From Dimorphilus gyrociliatus (lineage: Eukaryota; Animalia; Annelida): DNA of 64,000 nucleotides. Location: contig CAJFCJ010000019.1 of the NCBI GenBank assembly GCA_904063045.1, forward strand, positions 3,602,684 to 3,666,683. Direction: 5' to 3'. Shown here one piece after another: positions 13,701 to 26,762 of the stretch (within the stretch, counting starts at the first letter, position 1; each line of letters begins with the position of its first letter). Both the position numbers and the translations under genes were made by a program. Below the pieces are notes generated by a model, which saw only the letters and a program-made list of their open reading frames with translations, made no database searches and was not told the DNA's origin.

Positions 13701-14874
13701 CGTATACCCTTTCACTTTCCGTTTGACTTGAGCGACCACTTTCTGGTCGTCTAGCAGGAACGGAGGAAGGTCTTGGCTTTCGTGAATTAGGGCTAAGATA
13801 TGGTAGGATCTCTTCATCACCTTTCCTTCCGCGATCAGCCTATTTAAAACAAGCAGTATGAATAACATTTGATATTCTTTAAAGAACAAGTAAACCAGCA
13901 TATATAAAAAGTGATATAATGTGAAAGTAAGAAATTGGACCCCCGCAAGTAATTGATCTTATGTTTTTATATTAAAAAATATAAACAACTATGTCAAGCA
14001 TTACCGTATGTGCATAGCGAGCCTAGTGATTTTTAAAGAGGTTGAATAATTGATCGAATACCGTTTGAGTTGAATGATTAATAGCTTGCTGTTTTCTAGG
14101 TTTTCTTGGTCTCATACGTCTAGACATCAAAAACCATGAAGCTGGCTCTTTCTTTTTTTTTTGAATAAGTATAGTTTTTGATTAGTTTTTTCAAATTCCG
14201 TTACTTATTGATTCAATATTTATATATTATGGCAATATGACGAGAATATAGGATTGTACCAAAAAGATATATATGTATAGTATTTATAGATATATAGATA
14301 TCGATTATAATAACCACTGTTATTTACATACCTTTACTCTTCTAACAAGTTCAATTTTTGATATTTCCTCAAGTTTTTTCTTTACCAGAACCTACGTGAG
14401 GTAAATTTTTGATTGATTAGTCCGATATAATGAAAAAGACGTTAACTTACTTGTCGATTTCTCTCCACGTCTAAGGTTTTATGAACAATTGCTTGAGCTA
14501 AAAGATCTCTTACATGCTTCTTATGTTCCTTTTTAGCCATATTTATTCTATATGAATTTTCCGATATAATGTTCCCATTTCTAGTAATCTAATTTAAAGA
14601 AAATAATCAATAATTAAAAAAAATATTCTCCATATATATCTTTTATCTATTTCTTACCAGTCCTGATCGTCTAAGGTGACGTCTCATTTTGTCGTTAGAA
14701 AAATAACCCGCAAGATGGGGATCTAACAAGCTATTATAAGCTGACAATGGCCTGTGAAACAAACACAGTTTACTTTCATATGAATTTCTAATTTCAGTTT
14801 TGTTGAGTGTATTTCATATAAAATGATTCTTTCAATTAGAGAAAACATACATACCCTCCTTCCAAGTGGCTCAT
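10769..14874 (-). CDS. ERICH3: ERICH3 (DUF4590)-like protein, multi-exon. Terminal exon uncertain; possibly a tiny NV-stop exon at 9593-9600
   Basis: Spliced N-terminus MSHLEGGPLSAYNSLLDPHLAGYFSNDKMRRHLRRSGL. DUF4590-like core VEQQHCGGNTLIVF...FPFSLTFYINGVKDSRISTCCEYKH...GHFG...GAAPCYKC. Acidic Ser-rich 3' exons at 11281-12504, ~11035-11137 and 10769-10912. Confidence 0.85.
11505..11930 (-). repeat. Coding tandem repeat, 114 bp (38 aa, Thr/Ser-rich) period, about 3.7 copies
   Basis: CATTTG anchors at 11536, 11650, 11764 and 11878. Unit TPTTATSKTTRTENTNDSDSSESATTSVTESNTKTEAT. Confidence 0.95.
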
Positions 14875-14984
14875 CTTGACTTTTAAGACACCAACAATTA
14901 CTATGTAATATCAAACTTTGAACAAAATCAAGTTCAAATAATCACTTGACAATTTCTGTTTAGGGGGAACGACGGCTATGATTT

Positions 14985-14999
14985 GTTGTCGTTGACAAC
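14985..14999. promoter_or_regulatory. RFX X-box-like palindrome in the ERICH3/Maf bidirectional promoter
   Basis: GTTGTC-GTT-GACAAC is a perfect 6 bp inverted repeat resembling GTTGCCATGGCAAC, about 110 bp upstream of the ERICH3 ATG. Confidence 0.5.
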
Positions 15000-15173
15000 G
15001 CATACCAAATGTTTGTCTAAAAAACGGGTTCGGTGTTCTAAAACCTTTACGAAAACATTTTACGTTAGCAGACGCTCATATATCAATTTCAAAACTATTG
15101 CACAATTCAAGAGTAATACATATTGCTTAACAATTTGTTCAATTTATTAATTTGTTAATTTGTTGAAGAAAAG

Positions 15174-16144
15174 ATGCTTTTATCAATCGCTCATATAATA
15201 AGATCGAAAAAAATAATACTTGCCAGTGGATCGCCACGCCGAAAAGAAATTCTCTCAAATGCAGTAAGCTTCTACTTTCTTTTCAATTAATTATTTTACC
15301 TAAAATTTCTATCATGCTATACTTTTCATTCAGGGTTTAAAGGTTGATATCATTCCGTCAAAGTTCGAAGAAAATCTCGACAAGACAACCTATAAAGACA
15401 CGTTTGAATATGCTATTGATACATCATATCATAAAGGCTTAGAAGTTGTTGATCGCATGATTAATGAAGGAAAAGTAATTAAATGATTTTAAAATAATGA
15501 CAATAATAATAACCTATTTTATTCTATTCTTTTACAGGAATTTGATTTGGTTATTGCCGCTGATACAATAGTGACCATGAATGATAAAATTTTTGAAAAA
15601 CCACGTTCAATGGAAGATGCGGTTGAGATGCTAAAAGGGTAAAGTGATTTTGGTTGTTAAAATAGCAAAGGAAAGTTGACTAACTAAACGAGCTAATTTA
15701 ATAATACAGATTCCGGGGGCTAAGTCATGTTGTATATACTGGTGTCACATTAATATTTAACGAAGGTAAGTTATTTATAATCCTCAATAAACTAACCTAT
15801 AAATCTGAATTATTCCACTAGGAGGAAAAAGAAACATTGAACGTTTTCATTGTGGAACACAAGTAAAATTTTCGAACGTTGACCTAAAAACTATTGAAGC
15901 ATACGTTTCAACTGGAGAATCTATGTAATAAACTACTTTATAGTTCAACTACTTGAATGAATTTGCTAATTTACGTTAAATTTTGTTTTTTGTATTCAGG
16001 GATAAAGCTGGTGGATATGGTATTCAAGCCCTTGGAGGATCCCTTGTTGAAGAAATTAAGGGAGATTATTTTAACGTTATGGGACTACCATTGAATTCTT
16101 TATTCAAAAGAATTTATGATCATTATCAGGCGAATAGTGATTAA
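15174..16144 (+). CDS. ASMTL: Maf-family dTTP/UTP pyrophosphatase (stand-alone ASMTL N-terminal domain), multi-exon
   Basis: Spliced exons give [26 protein letters not shown]...[36 protein letters not shown]. The stop at 16142-16144 comes with no methyltransferase domain. Confidence 0.9.
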
Positions 16145-16218
16145 TAAGACCAATACTTTCATTGACTCGTTGTAATTCGTTCATAGACAAAAAAAAATAT
16201 ATTTACGGGTACAACAAG

Positions 16219-16817
16219 ATGGCGGTGGTGATAGATAAAAAAATATATGGTGACTTTGGAAAAGTTATTCTATTCGTATGCAGTAAGTATATCATTAGAT
16301 CTCAGGGACTTACTGCAGGCTTTATTTCGTTCTTAAGTGAACAATTTATAAAATTTTAAGATAAATATAATATATTTATATCTCACTTAACAAATACTTT
16401 TTCCATTGCAAAATTATTTGTTTATTACTAATATTCATTTCTTATTCCATCTCTACTCTTCTTCTTTTTCGTTTTCCTTCACTTTTCTCATACGATCTTT
16501 TACAATATATCAATTTAATCCTCATGAAAAATTTTCCTATCTTTCATCTAGACATTAAAGAATCTCCAAGTGTCTTTTTACACGTTTTGTTCCGCAACAT
16601 TAAGTTTCTAATTGGTTTAGAGGATGAGTTACAAATCATTCGTATTATTGGCTCAGCTAATTGCCAATTATATTATAAAGGAATAATTTTGAAAGAACAT
16701 AATTTCAGCTATAAAGATTATAAAGCCTCTCATAAGTCTGACCTCAATTCGAAAGTAATTAAATTAGTAAGTTTTATAGTAAAATTGAAGAATAGAATAT
16801 ATTCTTCCGCTCGCTAA
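16219..16817 (+). CDS. Candidate two-exon 109 aa protein with weak ubiquitin-like (beta-grasp) pattern
   Basis: Exon 16219-16282 (ATG in CAAGATGGCGG, donor GTAAGT) joins in frame to 16552-16817 (acceptor CTAG). Motifs GKVILFVCN and LYYKGIILKEHNFSYKDYKASHKSDL. Confidence 0.45.
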
Positions 16818-17202
16818 TATCAATATCTATTGAAAAAGATATATTTTCTTATTAAGATATTATTATTAATTAAATAGCTTTCCATCCTATCTCCTTTACA
16901 GTGAAGCGTCACTACTTAGTGTTCCATATCTATATATATTTTTGAGGTGTACTGTTTATAAATCTTATTTTTGGCCTAATCTCTGTCCTACTTTAATTCT
17001 TAAGAACTCATGGGTGAGTACTTTAGTTTTGCTATCCAGTTACATCAAGTTAGTCAAGCAGGACGAGTTTCCAAGAAGATATCAATTTTAGAAGCTTTGT
17101 TTTTAATCGTAAATAAAGTAAGATGTATTTTGTTTTATTGTTATTAATAAACGTGAAAAGCTGACATACTTTTCTAGTTTATCGATATTTTATTAAAATA
17201 GG

Positions 17203-17894
17203 ATGGCATCTTCGAATTGTGAGGATATTTTTTTAAATCCACCTCCAAGAATAATATGGGCAGAGGAGGAGCCTGATCCAATTTTTAAACAAAGCATAGA
17301 AGGATCAGAATTACCTGAACCTATCTTTCCAAAACCGACTTTTACACCTATAAGAGAATTATCGGAGAAAAGTTTCTCAGACGAGGAAATCGATAAAGGA
17401 AAACGCGTCCCAAATTTAGAGCAGGTATGAAAACTTTTACTTATCCAACGCTTTTCTTCCTTCGCCCCTGATTCCTATTCTTATTTTACTATATTATTTA
17501 GATGCTGCTAACTAATCGGCCTCCTACAAAAGAAGAAAAAAAGGGTAAGAAAAAGAGAAGGAAGGAAAATCAGAAGAGAAAACAGGCGGATTGTTTGCAA
17601 AAGGCATTAAAAATTTTTCAACAATTTTCAAAGGATACTGGAACCCAACTAAATGTTTACCCTTTTAAAAATGAATTAAAGAAAGGTGAAGTAATAAAAA
17701 ACCAAAAACCACCTCATTTTATCAGCATTGATAAAATTGATAAAAAACTAGTTGAAGACTATTGTAGAATTCTACTAATAGGAGTTTTAAAAGATTTAAT
17801 TGAAATAGTACCAAAAGTTTTTGAATTAAAACGGAAAATAAGAGAAACAGAAAGTTTGGAAGAAAAGATGCTTGCTTTGGGAATAATGCATTAA
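17203..17894 (+). CDS. Two-exon ~204 aa protein of unknown function with a basic NLS-like tract
   Basis: ORF 17203-17424 (donor CAG|GTATGA) joins in phase 0 to 17502-17894 (TTTAG|ATG). Contains KKGKKKRRKENQKRK. No family recognised. Confidence 0.6.
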
Positions 17895-18271
17895 AAAAAA
17901 AACATTGTACCTAATCCATTTTTAAACAATAAAAAAAAGAAAACTAATAAAAAAAAGTAGGTCATTTTAATAGAAAACAACTGTAAGTGGTTTTTTTTCG
18001 GATACAACGATAAAAGGTGTTGGAGGAGGTAAAAAAAAGAGAGAAAGAGGAAATATATAAATAGCTTTCGAACTATTGATATTATCGATTATTTTAAAGT
18101 CAGTTTCCGTGAATTAGGAAAGAGAAAGGATATTATTGTAAGTATATACAAAATACTAAATATATTTAAATATCTTGTATATTTAAAAGAAAAATAGGAA
18201 AAAAATGAAAGAACAAAAAGGTTCAACAGTTAAATCATAACGAAATAATTGTAAAACACTTAAGTAGTAGG

Positions 18272-21200
18272 TCATTTTTTAAATAGTCTTGGATTTTTTA
18301 ATTTGAAAACAGAATATTGTTGATTATCGAAAACCTTTTCGAAATATTCCGATTTACCATTTTGTATTAAACTCTTGCATACAATTGGTTGATTTTTAAA
18401 GTTTGGTTCCTCTAAATCCCAGCTTTCGTACATAGAGCATCCGGATTTCGATGATCCGAAGCACCAGTGATGAGCAATTACAACATATTGAACGTACATT
18501 TCTCGTAGGGTTGCATATACTGTTTTAGTGGCCCTCCTTGAGAAAATAGAATAAACCTTTTTATTTCGTTCTCTTAATGCTGAGTCTTCGTAATGCGGAT
18601 GATTAACCACCGGCCTTCCGGTTGATAGTTTAATATTAGCCATTGTCGGCATTGGTCCCGCAAAGACGGCTGATTTTTTAGTTTTCTTTTCTATCCAATC
18701 GAATAAACCTTCAGTTTGAAGATCAGAATATTCTCCTGTTCTTGATAATTCTACTTCTAAATTCTTTTTCCCCTCGTAAGCCATAAGAGCTAAGACGACA
18801 AATATCAATCCGTAATAAAGGCTCTTCTTCTTTATGAATGAAAAATATTTTGGGGAAGCAATTAGACCCGATATTAGGCATAGATGAGGAGTAAAGAAAA
18901 GTTTCAACCGCATTATAATTGCTGCCATTAAAGTATAGGCACATAGTTGCAGTATATTGTATATGACTTCCCCTCCAGTTCTTTCTGCATTATTGTCGTT
19001 CATTCTCCACTTGGTATATTCATCTTTAAGATGCTATAGATTTATAAAAGACAAGAAAATATTCAACATTAAAAAAAAACTATAAAATTTAAAAAATACT
19101 TACGTAAATCAATACTACAATACAGCAAATTGCTGCAGTTGGTACAAGTAGCGTTTTACATAAATCTGTTACAGTTTTCATAGGGAGAAAATCGAACTCA
19201 GCTGCGCATGTATAAAGCATAGTATGAAAGTCCCTATAATCCGTAAATTTACTCCTAAGTATATCTGAAATGTGAGCGTCGTCTTGAATGTTTAACAAAC
19301 GTGATAGGACCATTTTGAAACAGATTGATGCCAGTAAAACAAATAGAGTTTTAATAAGAACAGCTATGGGAAACCATAGGAATTTTGGTGATATTTTCTC
19401 CAAATAAATCAATATTGAAACACTTATTAATGCGGAGAAGAAATATGAAGTTATTAACATCTTATTTCCAAGAAGGAAAGCAAAGGAAATAATAAACCCT
19501 GCCCATATTCCTGCCAAATATTTCACAGTATTATTCCTATTAGTATATTGGATTGCATGAACACCAAATACAGCCAATAGCTGAGTTAAAAGTGCGAATT
19601 GAGCGAATTGCCATGGCAACATAAATGAAACAGTAGTTATCGCCAGTATTGCTGATAGCCAATAGCTTGGATTTTTCCTCTTTAAGACCATTGTGACAAC
19701 AAACATATGGCAAATACAGAATGGATATGCGAAACTCTCCCGTAACGGAGGTGTGTTCATTACTCTAGTACATTCTCCATGATTAAAGAAAAATGCTGTT
19801 GTCGCAACAACACCACCTAAAATGGAAATAAAAAAAATTTCTGTACAGATATTTTCTATATATATATACATTCGATAATAACCTAAGGAACTCCCCTCGG
19901 ATAAATATGAGGCAAAAAGAAAGAATATAGTCATCATAGCACCATTTAAAATCCAGATGGCGTTGGTATAGAAAATCATAGGATCTCCAAGCCCCTCGCA
20001 GCTAAGAACGTCTGCAAGGTCGTCTCCCCTATAAACAATAAGTAAAAAATAATTAAATAAATAATAAAAAAAAATCTATATTTTATTTCATTTTCTTCCG
20101 TCTCCACTTTTTTTTAGTCTCTTCCTTTTCCTTTCTATATGTTCTATCGTTAGTTTCATTCGTATATTTTTTTATATACATCTAAATGAACATCATAACA
20201 GGAAATAGAGTGTCATCCTTCCCCTTATATTTGTACAACAATCTACAAGTCTTTCATCTATTGACACGCCGCAATTATAGTCGTATTCATGAAAAATTCA
20301 CGCGCTTTTCATGTTTATTGCCGCTCTGTTCCTTAGCGTTCGATAATGAAAATGATAAATATCTACGTTCCCTAACCCTAACTTTAAATTTACGCGTAAA
20401 ATTGGATAAAATAGAAAATTAACTTAACAGTAATCTTAAAATTGAGAAAAATTTTTAATTTTAATTTTTGTACAAATTTTTTTTTTATAAAAAAAAAATA
20501 CTTTCCTTTTTTTTTAATAAACAAAATGTTTAACTTACCTAAATGTGTTATAGCAAAATCTTGTCTGAACTCCCCTCCAACTTTGCCAACGATTATAGAC
20601 CTTAAAAGCACCTGACAATACAACTTCCGGCCATAGATTAAATCTCTGTAGTGTATTTATTTCATTGGGAAATTCTGTGAGTTTGTCGTTTGTTATCTCA
20701 TGCAAACCACCAATCCATCCTTCTTTAGACTCAACAATAATTTTGAAATATGAGTAATATAAACCCTACATGGAAGAAAAAAAACAAAAATATAGAGTAA
20801 ATATAATAAATACAATTGTCAATTTTCCCAATATACAAATTTAAATAAGAAGATTAAGGGGAAAGAGAGCATCTTATTACTATACTGTATACGAGCAATA
20901 AGTCATTAGGTACAAAAAAAGAACTTGTTAAAAAAAATGACATTTTTTTTATCATAGATCAGATTTTTTTCTTTTAAAACTTTAGCAAATAAGGTGAATC
21001 GAATAAAATATCTTAAAATCATATGGATAATTCAATATAGAAAACTCGATGGTCAATACAGTTAAAATTAGCATTCCTAAAATAAATTACATATCAACAG
21101 CTCGATAGATGAAATGCTCACGAGAGAAAGCTACAGGAAGGATTTAATTTAGAACAATACAATTAGCGGCTACATTAAAGACTTACTAATGCTCTTAAAT

Positions 21201-21910
21201 TTAGTACAGGAAAAACTCTTCTTGTTTAGTTTGTTGGTTTTTTTTATCTCCTTTCAATTTATAAATATAAGCCCTAGATTATATATCTACTTATAATAAA
21301 GTATTTTACAAACACGATACTAAAAGACACGTAAATATTGCGTGTCAGTTTTTCGTCATCTTAATTTATATATAAATACTATACGCTATTCTTCTATATA
21401 CTGTAGATATTATAGATGTTTTAAGGATAAAACAGTTAGTCAACGTTTCCTCTGTAGACTAACCATTAAAATTACATAATTAACAGGTTATACATCAAAG
21501 ACAAGCAACCATTAGATATGCAATTGCATTTCTTACAGTCTTTTCGAAGTAGTAATCAGCTTACAATAAAAAATGAATGTCAATTTTTTTCTGACAAACT
21601 ATTTATAGCTACGAGAATTTTTTTTTATTCTTTACGATTATGTAACATGTTATTTTGCATCCTTCTCTCTTTCTTCCTCTTTTACTTTCTTGTTAAACCT
21701 AACCTCTATATACATTTAAACGATTAATATATAAATACTTAATGAAAATCCATTCTTATCAAACTCTTCACAACAAAAAAATATAAAAGTTTTTATTATA
21801 CTTTAAAAAGAGTATTTTTATATATTTATAATCTATTATTTACAAGTAAAATACCACGCAATCGCTCTCTTTTTTATAATATAAAGGGCTATAAACATAT
21901 AGCAGGAGAC

Positions 21911-21965
<55 letters not shown>

Positions 21966-24603
21966 CAAACAGACAAACTCAGACACACAGAAAGGGAGGG
22001 AGGGAGGGAGGGAGAGAGAGAATGAGCGAGAGACTGAGAGGTTGAGACGATGTTTGGAATAAATTATTTCGAGAAGAAAAAAAATCCAATAGAATCTGTT
22101 TTACGTCCTCTATACATCTAGAATAAAATACGTATGAGCATTTATACCTAATTTATCTTTTTCTTCTTCCTGTCTCATCTCGCTTCTCGTTTGATACAAA
22201 GAAAACGAAACAATGAAAATAAAGAAGAAAGAAAAAATAACGTAGAAATATGAATAGGATAACTAATACAACTCCCTTTTGTCATTTTGCTGCTATTCTA
22301 TAATTACTAACATCATTTCAGTAGATAATAAAAATGATGATGGAAAGTTATCGATAATTTTTCATTTTCTTATGAGAATAAAGAGTTTTTAAAGTAAATA
22401 AAATGGTCTAAATTGGGTATTAATTAAAGTGTCTATTAAGTTAAGAGTTACGTAGCATAAAGTCTCTCTGGTACGAGAAATCTAAGTAGAATAGCCGCCT
22501 ACATTTTTGACACTACTCGAATAACTGTATGACTGTATAGAAAGGGACTGGGGATGGGGAAAATCTAATAGGGCTCCTTCCTCAACGATAAATTGACTCT
22601 CCAGCGAATTCGATTGTTGGCTTGCTGCTTCTTTCTGCCGTCAAGAGGAGAAAAAAAATTCTAAACCTTACCATTTCCGTTCGGAAGAACATTTCCCTTT
22701 CTAAATTACTTAGATAGGAAAAACGAATCTGGTTCTCGAATATCGTCGATATATGCCACCTACAATGGAGTAAAAACATTAGGATGAAAAGATTTAGCAC
22801 GTTAGAAATAATACTTGTAGACGTTCCTTATCCTAAGTCCCTAATTGGATATCTAAATACAATTTTTACCTAATATCATAAATTTTTCCCTCTCTTTTCC
22901 CTACTCTTTAAGGTCTATAATTTTCTCTTCTCTCTCTCTCTCTCTCTCATTCTGTAAATAGCTAATCTAAAAATATTTTCCCTTAATTTTCAAATTCATT
23001 ATCAGTTAATTCAAATTAATTAAACCAGCCAATCAACGCGCTCTATTAACCGAGATAATTCTTTAATTGGGCTACTTCCTAAACTAAAAATAAAAAGAAA
23101 AGAAAAAAATGAGTTTTTTCAATTTAGATTCGAGAGCAAAACAAATTTTTCCATTTCTTTTAGTTTTTCCAAAGTATTACGCAATAAATTTCATGAATAT
23201 TTGAAGACCCTTGTTGATTTGCTTTCTCCGATAGATTATAATATTCCCACAACTTTACTATTTTACATTCTAAGTAGGGCCTTCGAAAAGACAAACTTAA
23301 CGTCTCTTGAATAATTGAAAAATAAGCTATGAAACGAATATAAACGCAACATTTGTCCTCCCATTCGGTATATTGTTACATAAAAGGTTTAAAAGCAAGG
23401 AAATCGATCAGCCATAGGCGTTCAAGGCTGAGTTTGTCGGCAATAAGTATGGAATTTCATAAATAAATTATTGACCGTGGCAGCAGTTAGCGTTTGGGCA
23501 AATCAATATATACATGTATATACATCCTGTTACCTTTACTAACTGTCTATAAATAGTATCATATATTTTACTCTCCTCCTTAATTCTTAGCATTGATGTC
23601 TGATTCTTTCTAATTATCAATTTATTAAGATATATCATTTTCTAGATACTGAATAATTTTTTCGCCTTTAATTTAGGACTTTAACTCACTTATCATATAC
23701 TGTATATATATATTCAATAAAATAGTTGCCTGAGAATATTTTTGAACGAACTCTTTTTTAAGATTATCATAATGATTTTTCTTCTCCCTTACGGTAGGAT
23801 TTAAAAAATGTATAATATTGATATTCTTTTGGTTTCCAAGGTATTCTTTTTATCGATTCTCGATTTTCACTATTGACAAATTATATATTATAGTCTTTCA
23901 CACTAAATTATTCGCTTTCACGCTTGACAAACTCTATTTGTTTACTTAAGTAGCCCAATCTATTATCTCAATACATTTACAAGTATTAAAGTTTTTAGAT
24001 ACCCGAATAGTTTTATTTGATACAACAATATTTTTTTAATTTACGTTTATTGCTCCCTTTTTTTTCCAATTAAGGACCCTTTTTAACCCTTTTTTCTTAT
24101 TAATTCATTACTAAAACAATGGTAATTTCCAAATAGGGAAAATGGGTAGCTAATTAATAATTCATTACTTTAATCTATAGTAAATAAAATTTAAAACTAA
24201 TTTCAATATATTATCTATAAATATCAAATGTTGTTTATTTTATATTTCAAATTCTTATCATATGTATTGGTATACATTTTGTTTTTTAAACTATTAAGAA
24301 TATTAAATAACGTATTTTTTCCAAATAGAAATAAAAAAGATCACTTACCAATGTAATACTCCCGCACCGACAGCTATAAAGATCAGTTTATTAGACAAAA
24401 TAAGTAAATATAAATATACTATGTATAGTTTACTATGTTCCTATATCTGACAGATACTTACCTAATACAAATATAAACGACCAATGAACTTTGTTTCCTT
24501 GCACACTATTTGACAGTATTCGAAACAGACTTCTTTTCTCTCCAACAGGTTTTACTGAATTAGCATTTCTTTGGGTTGGTGGAATTCTTCTTTTATTGCC
24601 CAT
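18272..24603 (-). CDS. DPY19L1: Protein C-mannosyltransferase DPY19L1-like, multi-exon
   Basis: Motifs LEREMFFRTEM, FFFNHGECTRVMNTPPLRESFAYPF, MLPWQFAQF, LYTCAAEFDF, IMRLKLFFTPH and VNHPHYED. 5' exons reconstructed from ATG 24603 (MGNKRRIP...) and a micro-exon near 24347-24374 (AVGAGVLHW). Confidence 0.93.
21913..22020 (+). repeat. (AG)~24 microsatellite followed by a (GGGA)5 purine tract, in a DPY19L1 intron
   Basis: Read directly: AG run 21913-21960; GGG tracts at 21994, 21998, 22002, 22006 and 22010. Confidence 0.97.
22924..22948 (+). repeat. (TC)n microsatellite in a DPY19L1 intron
   Basis: Read directly. Confidence 0.9.
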
Positions 24604-24898
24604 CCTTGTTATGACTGCAAGAGCTAGAGCACAACTATCTCCTCCGTATTTCTATATATTTTCCCGATAGCAGACGACACGTGTAAGTAATAACCTGCGC
24701 CATCTATTGACTTAAACCAGAGCCTTATCTTCGATTTGCAAGATTATATCAAATCAAAGATTACAACTAGGATAGATCATTTTGAACAACTTATATTTAT
24801 ACATATGTAAATTGATTTATTAGTTCTATATTGTTAATTAACGAAATTTTTCGGATGAAGTCGGAAGGGATACTCAACGGATAAGTGTCACAGGAAGA

Positions 24899-26322
24899 TT
24901 AAGAGGGTTCGTGTGTATAACCTAAGGCTATACCACGTCGACCCTCTTTAATTTCAGACACAGGAGTTTCACCTAATTTTTGCTCTAGACCTCTCCAAGA
25001 TCTATTTTCAAGAAATTCCCCAGCATCTCTTGCGTATGTTGCAACGCCAAGAGGAGCTCTCGTGGTTATAGCTTGATTTGTAGATGTTTCATCACTATCA
25101 TCAGTCCTACTCGATAAGTATCTTATTCCACCGGTTATAAGTGATACGTCAGCACATTCGTCGTCTTCTACCGTTTCTGAGGCTTCCACGTATTCTTTCC
25201 CTCCAGGAAGAAGGTTCGAAAACTCAGCAACATATTCGAAACCAGCAGATGGATCTCGATTGCTATTCAGAGCTAGTTCAAGTTCATACATAGTTAATAC
25301 AGGTTTATAAAATGATTTTGAATCAATTAAAACAGTATCCGGACAGGCCACTAGAACAAAGACGTCAACTTCTGGAAAGTTTGCTAGCTTAGCTGGATTT
25401 AGCTTGCCAACAGCTAGTGTATAGCATTTCTTTCCCCTTTTTTTAATTAATGTTCTGATATGATCCAAGGCTTCATTGTAGCCTTTAACTCCAAGAGTTC
25501 CAACTAATATGCCAATAATTCGTGCGTCTTTTGCTTTTTCTACCAAATGGAAACGTTTCATCATCAGTTTACGAGGGATTGTAGAATGTTTTAAGAATTT
25601 TTTTGTTTGAGGATCGTAGGTTGACCACTGAAGATGGTTGTACTGAAGTGTAAGACGAGGTAACATACCATTTTCCTCGCTTCCAATAAAAAGTCCTTCT
25701 TCACCTTCGCTCCCTTCAACATGACAAGATGATTGGATGGACCTAAAATACAAAATTAATATAATCATTAAATAGAAATATTGAATCTTGCGTTCTACCT
25801 CATGTTTTTAAATTCTTTTTGGACAGTTGATAAAATAGTGTCAACTGCATATGTATAGGCACTTTCTGCAAAAATTAACGTTTTCACATTGTTATCGCGA
25901 TAATTCGATTTTAAATGTTTCATAAAATCTTCAATATCTAAGCGCCTTCGACCGAAAATATGGAGTGAAGGGAATCTGATTGTTGAACTCAAACAAGCTG
26001 ATCCGTAGTGAATAATTCCATCACAAACCCCATGTTCAGCTCCAATTTCATCAACGCAGCAGCTTCCGAAAGTAGTATCAGCCATAAGATATAACGGTAT
26101 ATCGCATAGCTCCTCTAATTTTTGATAAATGTTTATGGAATCAACTAGTAACTCATCAGGGAATTGTAAAGCTACTCTTTTAAGATTATTTTCTTTTATC
26201 CACTGAAGCGTTCGCTCAAATTCATACACTTCTGCAATTTCTGATTCATTTATAGCATCGTATGCTATTAAAGACTTGATAAGAAGCTGAGCGGAACTGT
26301 CAGTACTGAACGTCGAAGTCAT
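24899..26322 (-). CDS. DPH2: Diphthamide biosynthesis protein 2, two coding exons
   Basis: RVALQFPDELL, ADTTFGSCCVDEIGAEH, GILVGTLGV, PAKLANFPEVDVFVLVACP and RSWRGLEQKLGETPV...GRRGIALGY (DPH2-type C-terminus). Confidence 0.93.
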
Positions 26323-26762
26323 TTTGTATCTGAAACAAAATACTGTATCATCGCTCTATATTTTATATATATCATATAAGAACATTAGTTAGCAATTTAA
26401 TGTAATGGTAACATCAAAAAATTCTTGTACCTAGTCTAAAAGTATAAAAATACTTACAAGTTTATATGAAGTATCCAACTTTACAGATAAGTTTTTAAAT
26501 TTCCATGTTTCTTTAGCAAAATCGGCAAAACATTCGTTAAATGTTACGACTAGATATTTTCATCCAACATTTTTTCCAATTATTTTTAGTTTTTATGCGT
26601 AAAATTTACTATGTGAATTCTTATTACAATTGCTTTATCAGTTAAAGATATGCTTTATTAAATATTACCTCTACTTAACTTTTGTTTTAGAAATTTAAAC
26701 TTTAATATTTACGATTTATCTTAATTACCTTATGTATGTTTTACGATTGAATTGTGAAAAAA

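Noticed and set aside
19817-19882. Apparent insertion in DPY19L1 within the long ORF 19089-19979
   Set aside because: It is a 66 nt stop-free GT-AG intron; removing it restores the conserved SLGGVV...FFFNHGE sequence.
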